Shown piece after piece: positions 9,931 to 20,771 of a DNA stretch of 64,000 bases. The notes beneath the pieces were generated by a model. That model searched no databases and had not been told where the DNA came from. It was given only the letters and a program-made list of their open reading frames with translations. The number at the start of each line of letters is the position of its first letter. Within the stretch, counting starts at the first letter, position 1. Origin of the DNA: Lysobacteraceae bacterium (GTDB lineage Bacteria > Pseudomonadota > Gammaproteobacteria > Xanthomonadales > Rhodanobacteraceae). The position numbers and the translations under genes are program-made. The stretch is from NCBI GenBank assembly GCA_028866435.1, contig JAGWIC010000001.1, positions 49,196 to 113,195 on the forward strand. The letters are read 5' to 3'.

Positions 9931-10422
9931 TCAGCCGTCGATCGATGCCATGAACACCGTGCACAGCGCCTGCATGCCGTCGCGGTCCGCCTCGTCGAAG
10001 CGTGCGGTGAGCGGGCTGTCGACGTCCCATACGCCCAGCAGCGTGCCGTCGGCCTTGACCAGCGGCACCACGATTTCCGACTGCGAGGCGGCATCGCAGG
10101 CGATGTGGCCGGCGAACGCGTGCACGTCGCGCACCAGCTGGGTCTGGCGGCTCTGCGCGGCGGTGCCGCAGACGCCGCGGCCCAAGGCGATGCGGATGCA
10201 GGCGGGTTTGCCCTGGAACGGGCCGACCACCAGTTCGGTGCCGTCGAAAAAATAAAAGCCGGCCCAGTTCACGTCCGCCAGGCTGTGATAGATCAGCGCG
10301 CTGAAGTTGGCCGCGTTGGCGACCAGGTCGCGCTCGCCGGCGAGCAGGCCACGCGCCTGCTGCACCAGGTCGGCATAGTGTTCGCCCTTGCCGGCGTAGC
10401 TTCGGGGCTGCAGATCGAACAT
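9931..10422 (-). CDS. msrC: GAF-domain free methionine-(R)-sulfoxide reductase
   Basis: NWAGFY, GPFQGKPAC, GRGVCG, HIACDAASQSEIVVP, DVDSP. Confidence 0.85.
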   Translation of the reverse strand: MFDLQPRSYAGKGEHYADLVQQARGLLAGERDLVANAANFSALIYHSLADVNWAGFYFFDGTELVVGPFQGKPACIRIALGRGVCGTAAQSRQTQLVRDVHAFAGHIACDAASQSEIVVPLVKADGTLLGVWDVDSPLTARFDEADRDGMQALCTVFMASIDG

Positions 10423-10538
10423 GAGGAATGTCCCGCCAGGAAAAGCCCTATTATGCGCCGGACGGGCTGCGGGCCTGCACGACGGCCGTCGCGACCGAGC
10501 CGCCGTCGCGCGGGTCGGGCCTGCCGCACAGCTCTGCC

Positions 10539-11237
10539 ATGGAATCCTCACTCTTGCCCGAATCCACCCGCGCCGTGTTCATCGCCGGCACCGATACCGG
10601 CATCGGCAAGACCCATGCCGCCTGCACCCTGCTGCATGCCCTGCACGCGGCGGGTTACCGCGCAGGCGGCATGAAGCCGGTGGCCAGCGGCTGCGTGGCC
10701 ACCGCCGAGGGCCTGCGCAACGACGACGCGCTGGCCTTGCAGGCGGCCAGCAGTACACCGCCGCCGTACGCCCTGGTCAACCCGCTGGCGCTGAGCGAGC
10801 CGCTGTCGCCGCACCTGGCCGCGGCGCATGCCGGCGTCACCATCGGCCTGCCACCCCTGCGGGCGGCCTTCGAGCAACTGGGCGGGCGGTACCAGCGGGT
10901 GGTGGTGGAGGGCGTGGGTGGCTGGATGGTGCCGCTGGCGCCGGGCCTGCTGGCGGCCGACCTGGCGCGGCAGTGGCGGTTGCCGGTGATCCTGGTGGTC
11001 GGGCTGCGGCTGGGCTGCCTCAGCCACGCCCTGCTCAGCGCGCGGGCGATCATCGCCGATGGCTGCACGCTGCTGGGCTGGATCGGCAACCACATCGATC
11101 CGGCGATGCTGGCGGTGGATGAGAACATCGCCACCCTGGGCGAACTGCTGCCGGCACCGTGCCTGGGCCTGTTACCCCACGGCGAGGCACCGGTACGCGC
11201 GGCGGCCCGCCTGGGTGCCGCGGTCTCGGCGTTCTGA
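10539..11237 (+). CDS. bioD: Dethiobiotin synthase
   Basis: GTDTGIGKT, KPVASG, VEGVGG, LGCLSHA. Confidence 0.93.
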   Translation: MESSLLPESTRAVFIAGTDTGIGKTHAACTLLHALHAAGYRAGGMKPVASGCVATAEGLRNDDALALQAASSTPPPYALVNPLALSEPLSPHLAAAHAGVTIGLPPLRAAFEQLGGRYQRVVVEGVGGWMVPLAPGLLAADLARQWRLPVILVVGLRLGCLSHALLSARAIIADGCTLLGWIGNHIDPAMLAVDENIATLGELLPAPCLGLLPHGEAPVRAAARLGAAVSAF

Positions 11238-11291
11238 CGGGTTTCACATTCCACCTGCTGTGATCACGCAACACCCGAACCTGGAGGCAGT

Positions 11292-11639
11292 ATGACGCGC
11301 CATCGCTACTACCTTTCCATCGCCGATCTGGCCCACGCCCGCGGTGACGACCCGCGTTTTGCCTGGCAGGGGATCGGTCCCGACGATTTCGCCGCGGCCC
11401 TGCAGGGCGCGCTTCGCGGTGACGGGCTGTTCCAGCGCTGGCGCTCGGCGCAGCCCGATCCCGATGCGGTCGACGACACCCTGGCCGCGGTCGACCCGGA
11501 CGCCCAGGTGGTGGCACGGGTCGCCGACCTGCACACCGACGTGGAGCTGACCACCGACCTGCCGATGAGCGTGGTGCGGCAGCGGCTGAACCTGCTGGTC
11601 GGCGCGAGCTGGCAACTGCATGACATGCGCGCGGCGTGA
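11292..11639 (+). CDS. Hypothetical protein (115 aa)
   Basis: GGAGG RBS, protein-like composition, fills the gap between bioD and dcp. Confidence 0.75.
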   Translation: MTRHRYYLSIADLAHARGDDPRFAWQGIGPDDFAAALQGALRGDGLFQRWRSAQPDPDAVDDTLAAVDPDAQVVARVADLHTDVELTTDLPMSVVRQRLNLLVGASWQLHDMRAA

Positions 11640-11783
11640 GCGGGCGCGAAGGGTCGGCGACGCGGGAAATTCCGCTGCTTTGCAGCATGCGGTAGTGTTT
11701 GGAAACCACCCGCGCTGTCGGTACAGTCGGCGCCCAAGACTCACCGCGTCCGGCAACGGACCGCACAACCTTGGGAACCCCGC

Positions 11784-14000
11784 ATGCTACGTCTCCGTTC
11801 GATCGTGATCGCCACCACCGTGGCCCTGGCCGCCTGTTCGCAGCCGCCGCAAGGTGCCGCCACCGCACCCGCCGCACCCGCCGCGACCGCCCCGGTCGCC
11901 TCCGCCAGCACCGCCGCCGCTCCCGCCACCGCCATGACCAGCAACCCGTTCTTCCACGCCAGCACGCTGCCGTTCCAGGCGCCGCCCTTCGACAAGATCA
12001 AGGATGCGGACTACCAGCCGGCGATCGAGGAGGGCATGAAGCGGCAGCTGGCGGAAATCGAGAAGATCGCCGACAACCCGGCCGCGCCCACCTTCGAGAA
12101 CACCTACGTGGCGATGGAGAAATCCGGCGTCATGCTCAACCGCGTGATGATGGTGTTCGGTGCCGTCACCGCCGCCAACACCGACGACGCACTGCAGAAG
12201 GTGCAGCAAGAAGAGGCGCCGCGACTGGCGGCCCACGAGGATGCGATCTACCTCAACGACAAGCTGTTCAAGCGCGTCGAGGCCGTCTACGACCAGCGCG
12301 ACACGCTCAAGCTCGACCCGGAATCGGCGCGGCTGGTCGAGGTGGTGTACCGGAATTTCGTGCATGCCGGCGCCAAGCTGTCCGATGCCGACAAGGCCAG
12401 GCTGAAGGACCTCAACAAGCAGGAATCGACCCTCAGCACCGCCTTCACCAACAAGCTGCTGGCGGCGACCAAGGCGGCGGCGCCGGTGTTCGATGACAAG
12501 AGCAAGCTGGCCGGGCTGAGCGACGCCGAGCTCGCCGCCGCGCTCCAGGCCGGCAAGGACCGCCATCTCGACGGCAAGTACGTGCTGACCCTGCAGAACA
12601 CCACCCAGCAGCCCGAGTTGCGCGACCTTAGCGACCGCGACACCCGCCACAAGCTGTTCGAGGCGTCCTGGAACCGCGCCGAAATGGGCGACGCCAACGA
12701 CACCCGCAAGACCATCGAGCAACTGGCGCAGATCCGTGCCGAACAGGCCAAGCTGCTGGGCTTCCCGAACTATGCCGCGTGGAAGCTGGACGACCAGATG
12801 GCGAGGACCCCGGCCACGGCGATGAATTTCATGAACAAGCTCGCGCCCGCCGCGGTCGCCCGCGCCAGGCGCGAGGCGGCAGATATCCAGGCGCAGATCG
12901 ACAAGGACCAGAAGGCACTGAAGCAGCCCACATTCAAGCTGCAGCCGTGGGACTGGGACTACTACGCCGAGCAGGTGCGCAAGGCCAAGTACGACCTGGA
13001 TGAAAGCCAGATCAAGCCGTATTTCGAGCTCGACAACGTGCTCAAGAATGGCGTGTTCTACGCCGCCAACCAGCTGTACGGGCTGACCTTCAAGGAGCGC
13101 AAGGACATCCCGGTGTACCAGCCGGACGTGCGCGTGTTCGAGGTGTTCGACAAGGACGGCAAGTCGCTGGCGCTGTTCTACTGCGACTACTTCAAGCGCG
13201 ACAACAAGGGCGGTGGCGCCTGGATGGACAACTTCGTCGGCCAGTCGAAGCTGCTCGGCACCAAGCCGGTGATCTACAACGTGGCGAACTTCGCCAAGCC
13301 GGCCGCCGGCCAGCCGGCGCTGCTCTCGTTCGACGACGTCATCACCATGTTCCACGAGTTTGGCCACGCGCTGCACGGCATGTTCGCCGACGAGGAGTAC
13401 CCGACCCTGTCCGGCACCAACACGGCGCGCGACTTCGTCGAGTTCCCGTCGCAGTTCAACGAGCATTGGGCCAGCGATCCGAAGGTGTTCGCCAACTACG
13501 CGAAGAACGCCAAGGGCGAGCCGATGCCGCCGGCGCTGGTCGAGAAAATGAAGAAGGCCAGCATGTTCAACAAGGGCTACGACATGACCGAGCTGGTCGG
13601 CGCCGCCATGCTCGATATGAACTGGCACATGCTCGGCGCCGACGCGCCGCTGCAGGACGCGGACAAGTTCGAGGCCGCGTCGCTGAAAAAGGACGGCGTG
13701 GACCTCGGCTACGTGCCGCCGCGCTATCGCTCCAGCTACTTCCAGCACATCTGGGGCAACGGCTACGCGGCCGGCTACTACGCCTACCTGTGGACCGAGA
13801 TGCTGGCCGACGACGCGTTCGTCGACTTCAAGGACCACGGCGGCCTGACCCGCGCCAACGGCGACCGCTTCCGCGCGATGATCCTGTCCCGCGGCAACAC
13901 CGTCGAGCTGGCCAAGCTGTACAAGGACTGGCGCGGGCAGGACCCGAGCATCGAGCCGATGCTGGAGAACCGCGGGCTGAAGGAAGTGCCGAAGAAGTAG
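11784..14000 (+). CDS. dcp: M3-family peptidyl-dipeptidase Dcp-like lipoprotein
   Basis: Lipobox LAAC, FHEFGH zinc motif, DFVEFPSQ, GYAAGYYAYLW. Confidence 0.92.
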   Translation: MLRLRSIVIATTVALAACSQPPQGAATAPAAPAATAPVASASTAAAPATAMTSNPFFHASTLPFQAPPFDKIKDADYQPAIEEGMKRQLAEIEKIADNPAAPTFENTYVAMEKSGVMLNRVMMVFGAVTAANTDDALQKVQQEEAPRLAAHEDAIYLNDKLFKRVEAVYDQRDTLKLDPESARLVEVVYRNFVHAGAKLSDADKARLKDLNKQESTLSTAFTNKLLAATKAAAPVFDDKSKLAGLSDAELAAALQAGKDRHLDGKYVLTLQNTTQQPELRDLSDRDTRHKLFEASWNRAEMGDANDTRKTIEQLAQIRAEQAKLLGFPNYAAWKLDDQMARTPATAMNFMNKLAPAAVARARREAADIQAQIDKDQKALKQPTFKLQPWDWDYYAEQVRKAKYDLDESQIKPYFELDNVLKNGVFYAANQLYGLTFKERKDIPVYQPDVRVFEVFDKDGKSLALFYCDYFKRDNKGGGAWMDNFVGQSKLLGTKPVIYNVANFAKPAAGQPALLSFDDVITMFHEFGHALHGMFADEEYPTLSGTNTARDFVEFPSQFNEHWASDPKVFANYAKNAKGEPMPPALVEKMKKASMFNKGYDMTELVGAAMLDMNWHMLGADAPLQDADKFEAASLKKDGVDLGYVPPRYRSSYFQHIWGNGYAAGYYAYLWTEMLADDAFVDFKDHGGLTRANGDRFRAMILSRGNTVELAKLYKDWRGQDPSIEPMLENRGLKEVPKK

Positions 14001-14015
14001 CTGCCGTCGTCATGC

Positions 14016-14052
14016 CGCACGAAAAGGCCTGCGTTGCCGGCCTTTTCGTGCG
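14016..14052. terminator. Intrinsic terminator downstream of dcp (possibly bidirectional)
   Basis: Perfect 14-bp inverted repeat CGCACGAAAAGGCC / GGCCTTTTCGTGCG starting 15 nt after the stop codon. Confidence 0.75.
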
Positions 14053-14214
14053 CCGCCGGGCAGGTCACCGACGCGGGGTGTGCGGGCTGCTGCAAGTGGT
14101 TCAATCGGGCTTTGTGCGCCAGACCACAAGCCGCCCAGGTCCCCGCCTACGCATGCGGGCGACGGGTCTGCGGCCCGCGTGGAATAATCCCCGCTTGCCG
14201 ACGGGAGCGCACAC

Positions 14215-16038
14215 GTGGACAGCCATCATCTCCTGCAGACCGCGGTGGTGTTCCTGCTCGCCACGGTGATCGCGGTGCCGTTGTCCAAGCGATTCCGGCT
14301 GGGCGCGGTGCTTGGCTATCTGCTGGGCGGGGCGGTGATCGGGCCACAACTGCTGGGCCTGGTGCGCGACACCGGCGGCGTGGCCGCGATCTCCGAGTTC
14401 GGCGTGGTGCTGATGCTGTTCGTGATCGGCCTGGAACTGTCGCCGCAGCGGCTGTGGGTGATGCGCCGTTCGGTGTTCGGCACCGGCTTGCTGCAGGTGC
14501 TGGCGAGCACGCTGGCGATCGCGGCGGTGGGCTGGCTGCTGTTCGGGCTGAGCGGCAAGGCGGCCGCCATCGTGGGCGGCAGCCTGGCGCTGTCCTCGAC
14601 GGCGTTCGGGCTACAGATCCTGGCCGAGCGCAAGGAGGCCGGTTCGGCCTACGGGCGGCAGGTGTTCTCGGTCCTGCTGTTCCAGGATCTGGCGGCGATT
14701 CCGCTGATCGCCGCGGTACCGTTGCTCGCCTCGTCGACGGCCACCCACTTCGAGTTGTTCGCCGTGGTGCGCACGGCGGCGGTGATCCTGGCCGTGGTGA
14801 TCGGCGGTCGCTATCTGCTGCGGCCGGTGTTCCGCTTCGTGGCCAGGGCGGATTCGACCGAGGTGTTCACCGCCACCGCCCTGCTGGTGGTGACCGGGGT
14901 GGCATGGTTGATGGAGTTGGCCGGGGTGTCGGCCACCCTCGGCGCCTTCCTCGCCGGCATGCTGCTGGCCGATTCCGAATACCGGCACGAGCTGGAATCG
15001 AACATCGAGCCGTTCAAGGGGCTGCTGCTGGGGCTGTTCTTCATCAGCGTCGGCATGTCGATGGATGTCGCGCTGCTGCTGCAGCGGCCGCTGCAGATCC
15101 TCGGCCTGGTCGGCGCCTTGATGCTGCTGAAGGGCCTGTTGTTGTGGCCGCTGGGCCGCTTGCTGGGCGGCCTCGATCGTTCCGATGCATGGCGCCTGGT
15201 GGTGTTGCTGGCCTGCGGTGGCGAGTTCGCCTTCGTGGTGTTGCGGCAGGCGGCGGAGCAGCAATTGATCTCCCCGGGCCAGCGCGATGCGCTGGTGCTG
15301 GCGATCACCCTGACCATGGCGCTGACCCCGCTGCTGGTGGTGCTGGCGGCCAGGGCCTTGCATCTGTACCCGCGCCAGCCCGCGCGCGAGTTCGACCGCA
15401 TCGAGGCCGATGCGCCGCGGGTGATCATCGCCGGCTTCGGCCGGGTCGGGCAGATCATCGCCCGCGTGCTGCGTGCGCAGGGGATCGCGTTCGTGGCGCT
15501 GGAGCACTCGGCCGACCAGGTCGACGTTTCGCGTCGTTTCGGCACGGTCAACCTGTTTTTCGGCGACCCGACGCGTCCGGAATTGCTGCGGGCGGCGCAG
15601 GCCGCCAGCGCCGAGGTGTTCGTGCTGGCCACGGATGATCCGGAAGCCAACCTGCGCACGGCGCGGCTGGTGAAACGGCAATACCCGCACCTGAAGATCA
15701 TCGCCCGCGCCCGCAATCGCCAGCACGTATTCCGGCTGCTGGACCTGGGCGTCGACGACCCGGTGCGCGAGACCTTCCATTCCAGCCTGAAGATGACGCG
15801 CAAGACGCTGGAGGCGCTCGGGCTGTCGCAGGAGCTGGCCGCCGACCGGGTGGAACGGTTCCGCCGCCACGACGAGGAACTGCTGCACCGGCAGGCGCTG
15901 GTCTACGACGACGAAAGCCGGCTGATCCAGAGCACCCGTGATGCCTTGCTCGACCTGCAGCAACTGCTCGACGCCGATGCGGAGCCGGCGGCCGGGCGGC
16001 CGCGCCAGCGGGACGGCGGGGACGACGCCGGCACGTGA
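14215..16038 (+). CDS. CPA2-family K+/H+ antiporter (KefB/KefC-like) with TrkA-N domain
   Basis: Many TM helices, LALSSTA, LLFQD, IEPFKGLLLGLFF, and a C-terminal GFGRVG Rossmann motif. Confidence 0.92.
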   Translation: MDSHHLLQTAVVFLLATVIAVPLSKRFRLGAVLGYLLGGAVIGPQLLGLVRDTGGVAAISEFGVVLMLFVIGLELSPQRLWVMRRSVFGTGLLQVLASTLAIAAVGWLLFGLSGKAAAIVGGSLALSSTAFGLQILAERKEAGSAYGRQVFSVLLFQDLAAIPLIAAVPLLASSTATHFELFAVVRTAAVILAVVIGGRYLLRPVFRFVARADSTEVFTATALLVVTGVAWLMELAGVSATLGAFLAGMLLADSEYRHELESNIEPFKGLLLGLFFISVGMSMDVALLLQRPLQILGLVGALMLLKGLLLWPLGRLLGGLDRSDAWRLVVLLACGGEFAFVVLRQAAEQQLISPGQRDALVLAITLTMALTPLLVVLAARALHLYPRQPAREFDRIEADAPRVIIAGFGRVGQIIARVLRAQGIAFVALEHSADQVDVSRRFGTVNLFFGDPTRPELLRAAQAASAEVFVLATDDPEANLRTARLVKRQYPHLKIIARARNRQHVFRLLDLGVDDPVRETFHSSLKMTRKTLEALGLSQELAADRVERFRRHDEELLHRQALVYDDESRLIQSTRDALLDLQQLLDADAEPAAGRPRQRDGGDDAGT

Positions 16039-16103
16039 CCCGGCGAAGGGATGCAGCATCCTGCGCGGCGATACGCAAAAGCGTGCGCCGGACGGCAATC
16101 CCG

Positions 16104-16130
16104 TTGACAAGGAAACGGGGCTAGTAGACT
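16104..16130 (+). promoter_or_regulatory. Candidate sigma70 promoter for the GT9 gene
   Basis: Perfect TTGACA at 16104 and TAGACT at 16125. The 15-nt spacer is suboptimal. Confidence 0.3.
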
Positions 16131-16168
16131 GGGCCTGACTCCCCCCTGCAAGGCGTTCCGCGGCCGCC

Positions 16169-17245
16169 ATGAGCTCTCCGCACAACCCGGTAGTGATCCG
16201 CTTCGGCCGCGTCGGCGACACCGTACTGCTGCAGCCGTTCCTGGAGAAATTGCATCGCCGCTATGGCCGCCCCTGCGACCTGCTGGCGCTGGGCGAGTGG
16301 CCACCGCTGCTGTTCTCGGCGCAGCCGGAAGTGGCGTCCTTCATCCCGCTGGCGCACCAGAACGGCGCGTTGTGGCTGCAACCGCAGCGGCTGCGGGCGA
16401 CACTGGCGCTGCGCTCGCGGCGGCAGGCGCCGTTCTACATCTGCGAGCCCGAGTACCGGGCGCGCACCAAGATCCGGCCGATGCTGGCGCTGGCCGGGGT
16501 CGCGCCGGCGCATTGCCGCTTCATCGAGGAGATCGCGTCGGTCGACGGCGAACACTGGGCGGACTGGCTGGACCGCTTCGCCGACGTCACCCCGCCGGCG
16601 TTTGCCGACGTTGCGGCGGATTCGCCCCGCGACGGCCTGCCGGCCCCGCGCCTGCGGGTGAGCCCGGCCGAGCAGGCCGACGCCGAGGCCTGGTTGCGCG
16701 AGCGTGGCTACGCCGATGGCCCGCTGGTACTGCTGCAGCCGGCCAACAAGCGCACCATGCGCTGGAACGGCATCCGCAGGGCGGACGACGACGACAAGTC
16801 CTGGCCGGCCGAACACTGGGCGGCCGTGGCGGGGGCGATCGCCACCGACTTGCCGCAGGCGCGCGTGCTGTTCTGCGGTGCTCCCGCCGAGGCGCGCTAC
16901 CTCGACACCATCCTCGCCGCCGCTGCCGGCGCATCGCCGCGCATCGCCGCGGCGGCGCTGCCGCTGGATCGCCTCAAAGCCCTGCTGGCGCGGGCCCACA
17001 GCATGGTCTCGGTGGACACCGGCCCGGCGCACCTGGCCGCGGCGGTGGCTTGTCCGCTGGTGGTGCTGATGGGTGCCCGCTCGCCGCAGTTGTGGAAGCC
17101 GCGCAGCGCCAGCGGCAGTGCGGTGACCCTGCTCGGCGGCCTGCCCACGGTGCGGCGGGTCGACGAACTGGACCGTGCGCTCGTCATCGATGCCTGGCGT
17201 GCCCTGCCCGCCCGGGCGACAGCGCCGCAGGTCGTGGCGGCCTGA
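16169..17245 (+). CDS. GT9 family glycosyltransferase (heptosyltransferase-like)
   Basis: RFGRVGD, KSWPAEHW, SVDTGPAHLAAA. Confidence 0.85.
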   Translation: MSSPHNPVVIRFGRVGDTVLLQPFLEKLHRRYGRPCDLLALGEWPPLLFSAQPEVASFIPLAHQNGALWLQPQRLRATLALRSRRQAPFYICEPEYRARTKIRPMLALAGVAPAHCRFIEEIASVDGEHWADWLDRFADVTPPAFADVAADSPRDGLPAPRLRVSPAEQADAEAWLRERGYADGPLVLLQPANKRTMRWNGIRRADDDDKSWPAEHWAAVAGAIATDLPQARVLFCGAPAEARYLDTILAAAAGASPRIAAAALPLDRLKALLARAHSMVSVDTGPAHLAAAVACPLVVLMGARSPQLWKPRSASGSAVTLLGGLPTVRRVDELDRALVIDAWRALPARATAPQVVAA

Positions 17246-17255
17246 CCCGCGGCAC

Positions 17256-20200
17256 TTATTCGCTGGGCTGGGACGGCTGCCGCAGGGTTTGACGCACGCT
17301 AGGGATCGCCTGGCTGCGCGCAGCCAGCTCGTGCGCGATGTCGATGAGGCCCAGCTGCCTGGCCACGTCGGCGGCGGTGCGACCGAACGCATCGGTGGCG
17401 TTGCGATCGGCACCGCGCGCCAACAGCATCCGTGCCGGCGGCAGCAGGGCGTGCATGGCGCAGGCATGCAAGGCGGTGACGCCGCGCTGATCGGCATGCA
17501 CGACATGGGCGCCGGCATCGAGCAGCAGCGGCACCAACGCACCGATATGGGTGGCATCGGCGCTGCTGCCCGGTGGCAGGTGCGCGCCGAGCAGCAGCAG
17601 CAAGGGTGTCTTGCCATCGCGATCGGCCTGGTTGATGTCGGCACCGCGCTTGAGCAGGACGTCGAACTGGCGCCGCGCGCGCAGGCTGTCGTTGTTTTCG
17701 AAGCCGAACTGCGCCGCGGCATGCAGCGCGTTGCGGCCGCTGTCGTCGACCGCGCCGACGTCGGCGCCGCCATCGAGCAGCCGTTCGGCGACCTCCGGGT
17801 AGCCCATCGCGGCGGCCACCATCAATGCGGTGGCGCCGTGCGGCAGGCGCTGGTCGGCCTGCACCCGCTGTTGCAGCAGCAGCGCGACCAGCGTCTCGCG
17901 TCGCGCCGCCACGGCGGCGGCCAGCGGGGTCACGCCGCTGCGCGCGGCCAGGGTGGCGTCGGCGCCGGCATCGAGCAGGGCGGCTGCCACGTCGCGGTGG
18001 CCGCCGCCGCAGGCGTGCAGCAGCGCCGAGGCGCCCTGGGCGTCCTGGCTGTCGACGGCGAAGCCGAGTTCGAGCAGGCGCTGGACCGTGACCAGCGCGC
18101 CGGCGGCCGCGGCCGCCGGCAGGTCGGCGGCGCGCAGGGGACGATGCGGGCGGGGCCAGTCGCGCCAGTTCAGCCAGCGCTCCACGGCCGGGTGCTCCAG
18201 CGCCAGCCCCAGCGGCGTTTCGCCGTTGGCATCGGCGGCTTCGGGGTTGGCGCCATGGGCGATCAGCGCACGCACCAGCGGCAGCGCCTCGGCGCCGTGT
18301 TCGAGCGCGGCGAACAGCGGCGTGCGGTTGTCGCGGTCGCGCGTATTGGGATCGCAGCCGCCGGCGAGCAGTGCCTGCAGCAGGTCGAGCTGCGCGTTGG
18401 CCGCGGCCAGGTGCAGCGGCGTGCGCCCGCGTGCATCCGCCCCGAACGGATCGGCGCCGCGCTGCAGCAGGTTCAGCGGCAGCGCGGCCGCCTGTGCCGC
18501 ACCGGCCAGCGAGGACAGCGCCAGCGCGAGCAGGCCGCTGCCGGCCGGGCTCGCCCCCGCCTGCATCAATTCCTCCAGCGCTTCGGTGGACGCCGGCAGT
18601 TGTTCCAGCAGGGCGTCGAACAGGCGTCGGCCCAGCGGCGGCAGCCCCGGCGCATCGGCGGTCTCGGCATCGTCGATGCGCGGTGCCTCGAGCCGGGCTT
18701 CAGCCTGCAGGCCATGCTCGAGCAGCCAGCGCCGGGCGGCGCCCAGGCCGGGTGCGGCCAGTTCGAGATACAGCCGCGCCAGCTCGGCCTGTGGCCATTC
18801 GTGCACGCGCGCACCGAAGCCGGATACGGTGGCCCAGTGGCCCAGGCGCAGGGCTTCCAGCAGGTGGCCGGGCGTGTCGCTGCCGGCGGACAGCACGTCG
18901 CTGCTGTGGCTGGCCGGCAGCGGCGTGTCGGGATCGAGCAGGGCCACCAGGTCCCAGCGTCCGGTCGCGGCGGCGTGGTCGAGCGCGCTGCGGCCATCGC
19001 CGTCGGCGGTCCGCGGGTCGGCGCCGAGCGCCAGCAGCGCCTGCACGGTTTCCGCGCGGGAATGTGGCGATTGGCAGGCCAGGGTCAGGGCGTCGCGACC
19101 GTGCTGGTCGCGCGCGTCCACCCTAGCGTGGGCCTCGGCCAGCAGCTGCACGATGGCGCCGGCGCCGGCGCGGGCGGCCTCCATCAGGGCGGTGCTGCCG
19201 TGCTCGTCGGCCAGGTTGATGTCGCTGCCGGCGGCGCAAAGCGCGCGGGCGATCTGCTCATGGCCCTCGGCGGCGGCGCTGAGCAGGGCGTGCCGGTGGC
19301 GCGCATCGAGCGCGTTGACCGGTGCCCGATGCTTCAGCAGCAGCTTGACCCCGGTGCTGTCGTCCTCGGCGATGCCGGCGGCGGCGACCAGCGCCGGTTC
19401 GCCGCCGGCGGGTGCCGGTTTGGCACCGTGTTCGAGCAGGAATTTGGCCAGCGACCAGTTGCCGGCCCGGCAGGCACAGGCCAGCGGGCTAAGCCCGGCC
19501 TGGTTCAGCGCGTTGATCGGCGCGGCGGCGTCGAGCAGCATCGCGGCCACGCCGGGTTCCTCGCTGAGCACGGCGCCATGCAGCGGCGTATTGCCTTCGT
19601 GGTCGGTGGCGGTGGGGTCGGCGCCATTGGCCAGCAAGGTCATGACCGCCTCGGCCCGGCCATGCCAGCTGTCGCGGGTGGCGGCGAGCAGGGGGCTGAT
19701 GCCGCCACTGCGGCGGTTGACGTCCGCGCCCTTGACGATCAGCGCGCGCAGCAGGCGGGTGTCGGGCAGCAGTGCCGCCAGCATCAGCACCGGCCGCTGG
19801 TCGCGGTCGCCGGGGTCGGGCGCGGTGCCCGGCTCGGCGCCGGCATCGACCAGCGCCAGCGCGCGCTCGATGTCGCCTTCGCGGGTGGCGGCGAGCAGGG
19901 CCCGGCCCTGCTCCGGCGTGCCGACGATGCGTTCCTGCGCGGTCAGCACGGGCCGCGGCATGGCCGCTGCCCGCGGGTCGCGATCGCGCTGGCGACGCGG
20001 CTGGACCTGTTCGCACAGCAGGGCGCGCAAGGTGCGGTTGGCGATGATCAGGCAGCCCAGCGGCAGCAGTGCCACGCCGTAGAGGGTCAGCGCCGCGATG
20101 CGCAGCTCCGACGGCAGCATGCCGACCAGGCCGGTCAGCGCGATGGCGCCAAACGCCAGCACGAGCAGGGACAGCGCGGCGGGCAGAAAGTGGGTGAAGA

Positions 20201-20696
20201 AGCGCTCTTCACGCGACAGGTGGCGGGCGAACGCGATGCTGCGCAAGGTGGCGGTGGAAATCCACGAGCCATCGCGCTGGCAGGGGTAGGCGTCGTCCCA
20301 TACGAAAGCCAGCCCGAACGCGGGCCACAAGCGCCACAGCACCGCCAGCCCCAGTACCAGCGCCGTCGCCAGCAGCAGGGCGGCGCCGAGGCTGGGTGTG
20401 TGGCTGAGCTGCAGCATCGGCCATGCCACCAGCACGAAGATCAGCACCGTGTACGTGCTGAACATCACCAGGTACGCGGCACCACGTCGCAGCACGGTGC
20501 GGCCGAATCGGGGTTCGGGGTCGAAACCGATGGCGTGGCAGGTTGCCGCCATGGTCAGCGCATTGGCCAGCAGCAGCGGGATCAGGGTCAAGGGGTGCGC
20601 CGCCACGCCGGCCATGGCCACGGTCAGCAGGCCGGGGACGAACCAGGCAAGCGCTTGCAGGAACGGGGGGCGGCGGCGTGATTTGGGTGGATTCAT
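17256..20696 (-). CDS. Large ankyrin-repeat protein with N-terminal multi-pass membrane domain
   Basis: About 6 N-terminal hydrophobic helices, then many GxTPL/ALHxAA ankyrin repeats in two blocks. Confidence 0.88.
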   Translation of the reverse strand: MNPPKSRRRPPFLQALAWFVPGLLTVAMAGVAAHPLTLIPLLLANALTMAATCHAIGFDPEPRFGRTVLRRGAAYLVMFSTYTVLIFVLVAWPMLQLSHTPSLGAALLLATALVLGLAVLWRLWPAFGLAFVWDDAYPCQRDGSWISTATLRSIAFARHLSREERFFTHFLPAALSLLVLAFGAIALTGLVGMLPSELRIAALTLYGVALLPLGCLIIANRTLRALLCEQVQPRRQRDRDPRAAAMPRPVLTAQERIVGTPEQGRALLAATREGDIERALALVDAGAEPGTAPDPGDRDQRPVLMLAALLPDTRLLRALIVKGADVNRRSGGISPLLAATRDSWHGRAEAVMTLLANGADPTATDHEGNTPLHGAVLSEEPGVAAMLLDAAAPINALNQAGLSPLACACRAGNWSLAKFLLEHGAKPAPAGGEPALVAAAGIAEDDSTGVKLLLKHRAPVNALDARHRHALLSAAAEGHEQIARALCAAGSDINLADEHGSTALMEAARAGAGAIVQLLAEAHARVDARDQHGRDALTLACQSPHSRAETVQALLALGADPRTADGDGRSALDHAAATGRWDLVALLDPDTPLPASHSSDVLSAGSDTPGHLLEALRLGHWATVSGFGARVHEWPQAELARLYLELAAPGLGAARRWLLEHGLQAEARLEAPRIDDAETADAPGLPPLGRRLFDALLEQLPASTEALEELMQAGASPAGSGLLALALSSLAGAAQAAALPLNLLQRGADPFGADARGRTPLHLAAANAQLDLLQALLAGGCDPNTRDRDNRTPLFAALEHGAEALPLVRALIAHGANPEAADANGETPLGLALEHPAVERWLNWRDWPRPHRPLRAADLPAAAAAGALVTVQRLLELGFAVDSQDAQGASALLHACGGGHRDVAAALLDAGADATLAARSGVTPLAAAVAARRETLVALLLQQRVQADQRLPHGATALMVAAAMGYPEVAERLLDGGADVGAVDDSGRNALHAAAQFGFENNDSLRARRQFDVLLKRGADINQADRDGKTPLLLLLGAHLPPGSSADATHIGALVPLLLDAGAHVVHADQRGVTALHACAMHALLPPARMLLARGADRNATDAFGRTAADVARQLGLIDIAHELAARSQAIPSVRQTLRQPSQPSE

Positions 20697-20771
20697 GGCG
20701 TCACTATGGAAATCGTGCGGTTGATCGGGGCATTCCCGGACGCCGGTGGCAGGGCGCATGGATGCTGCGCC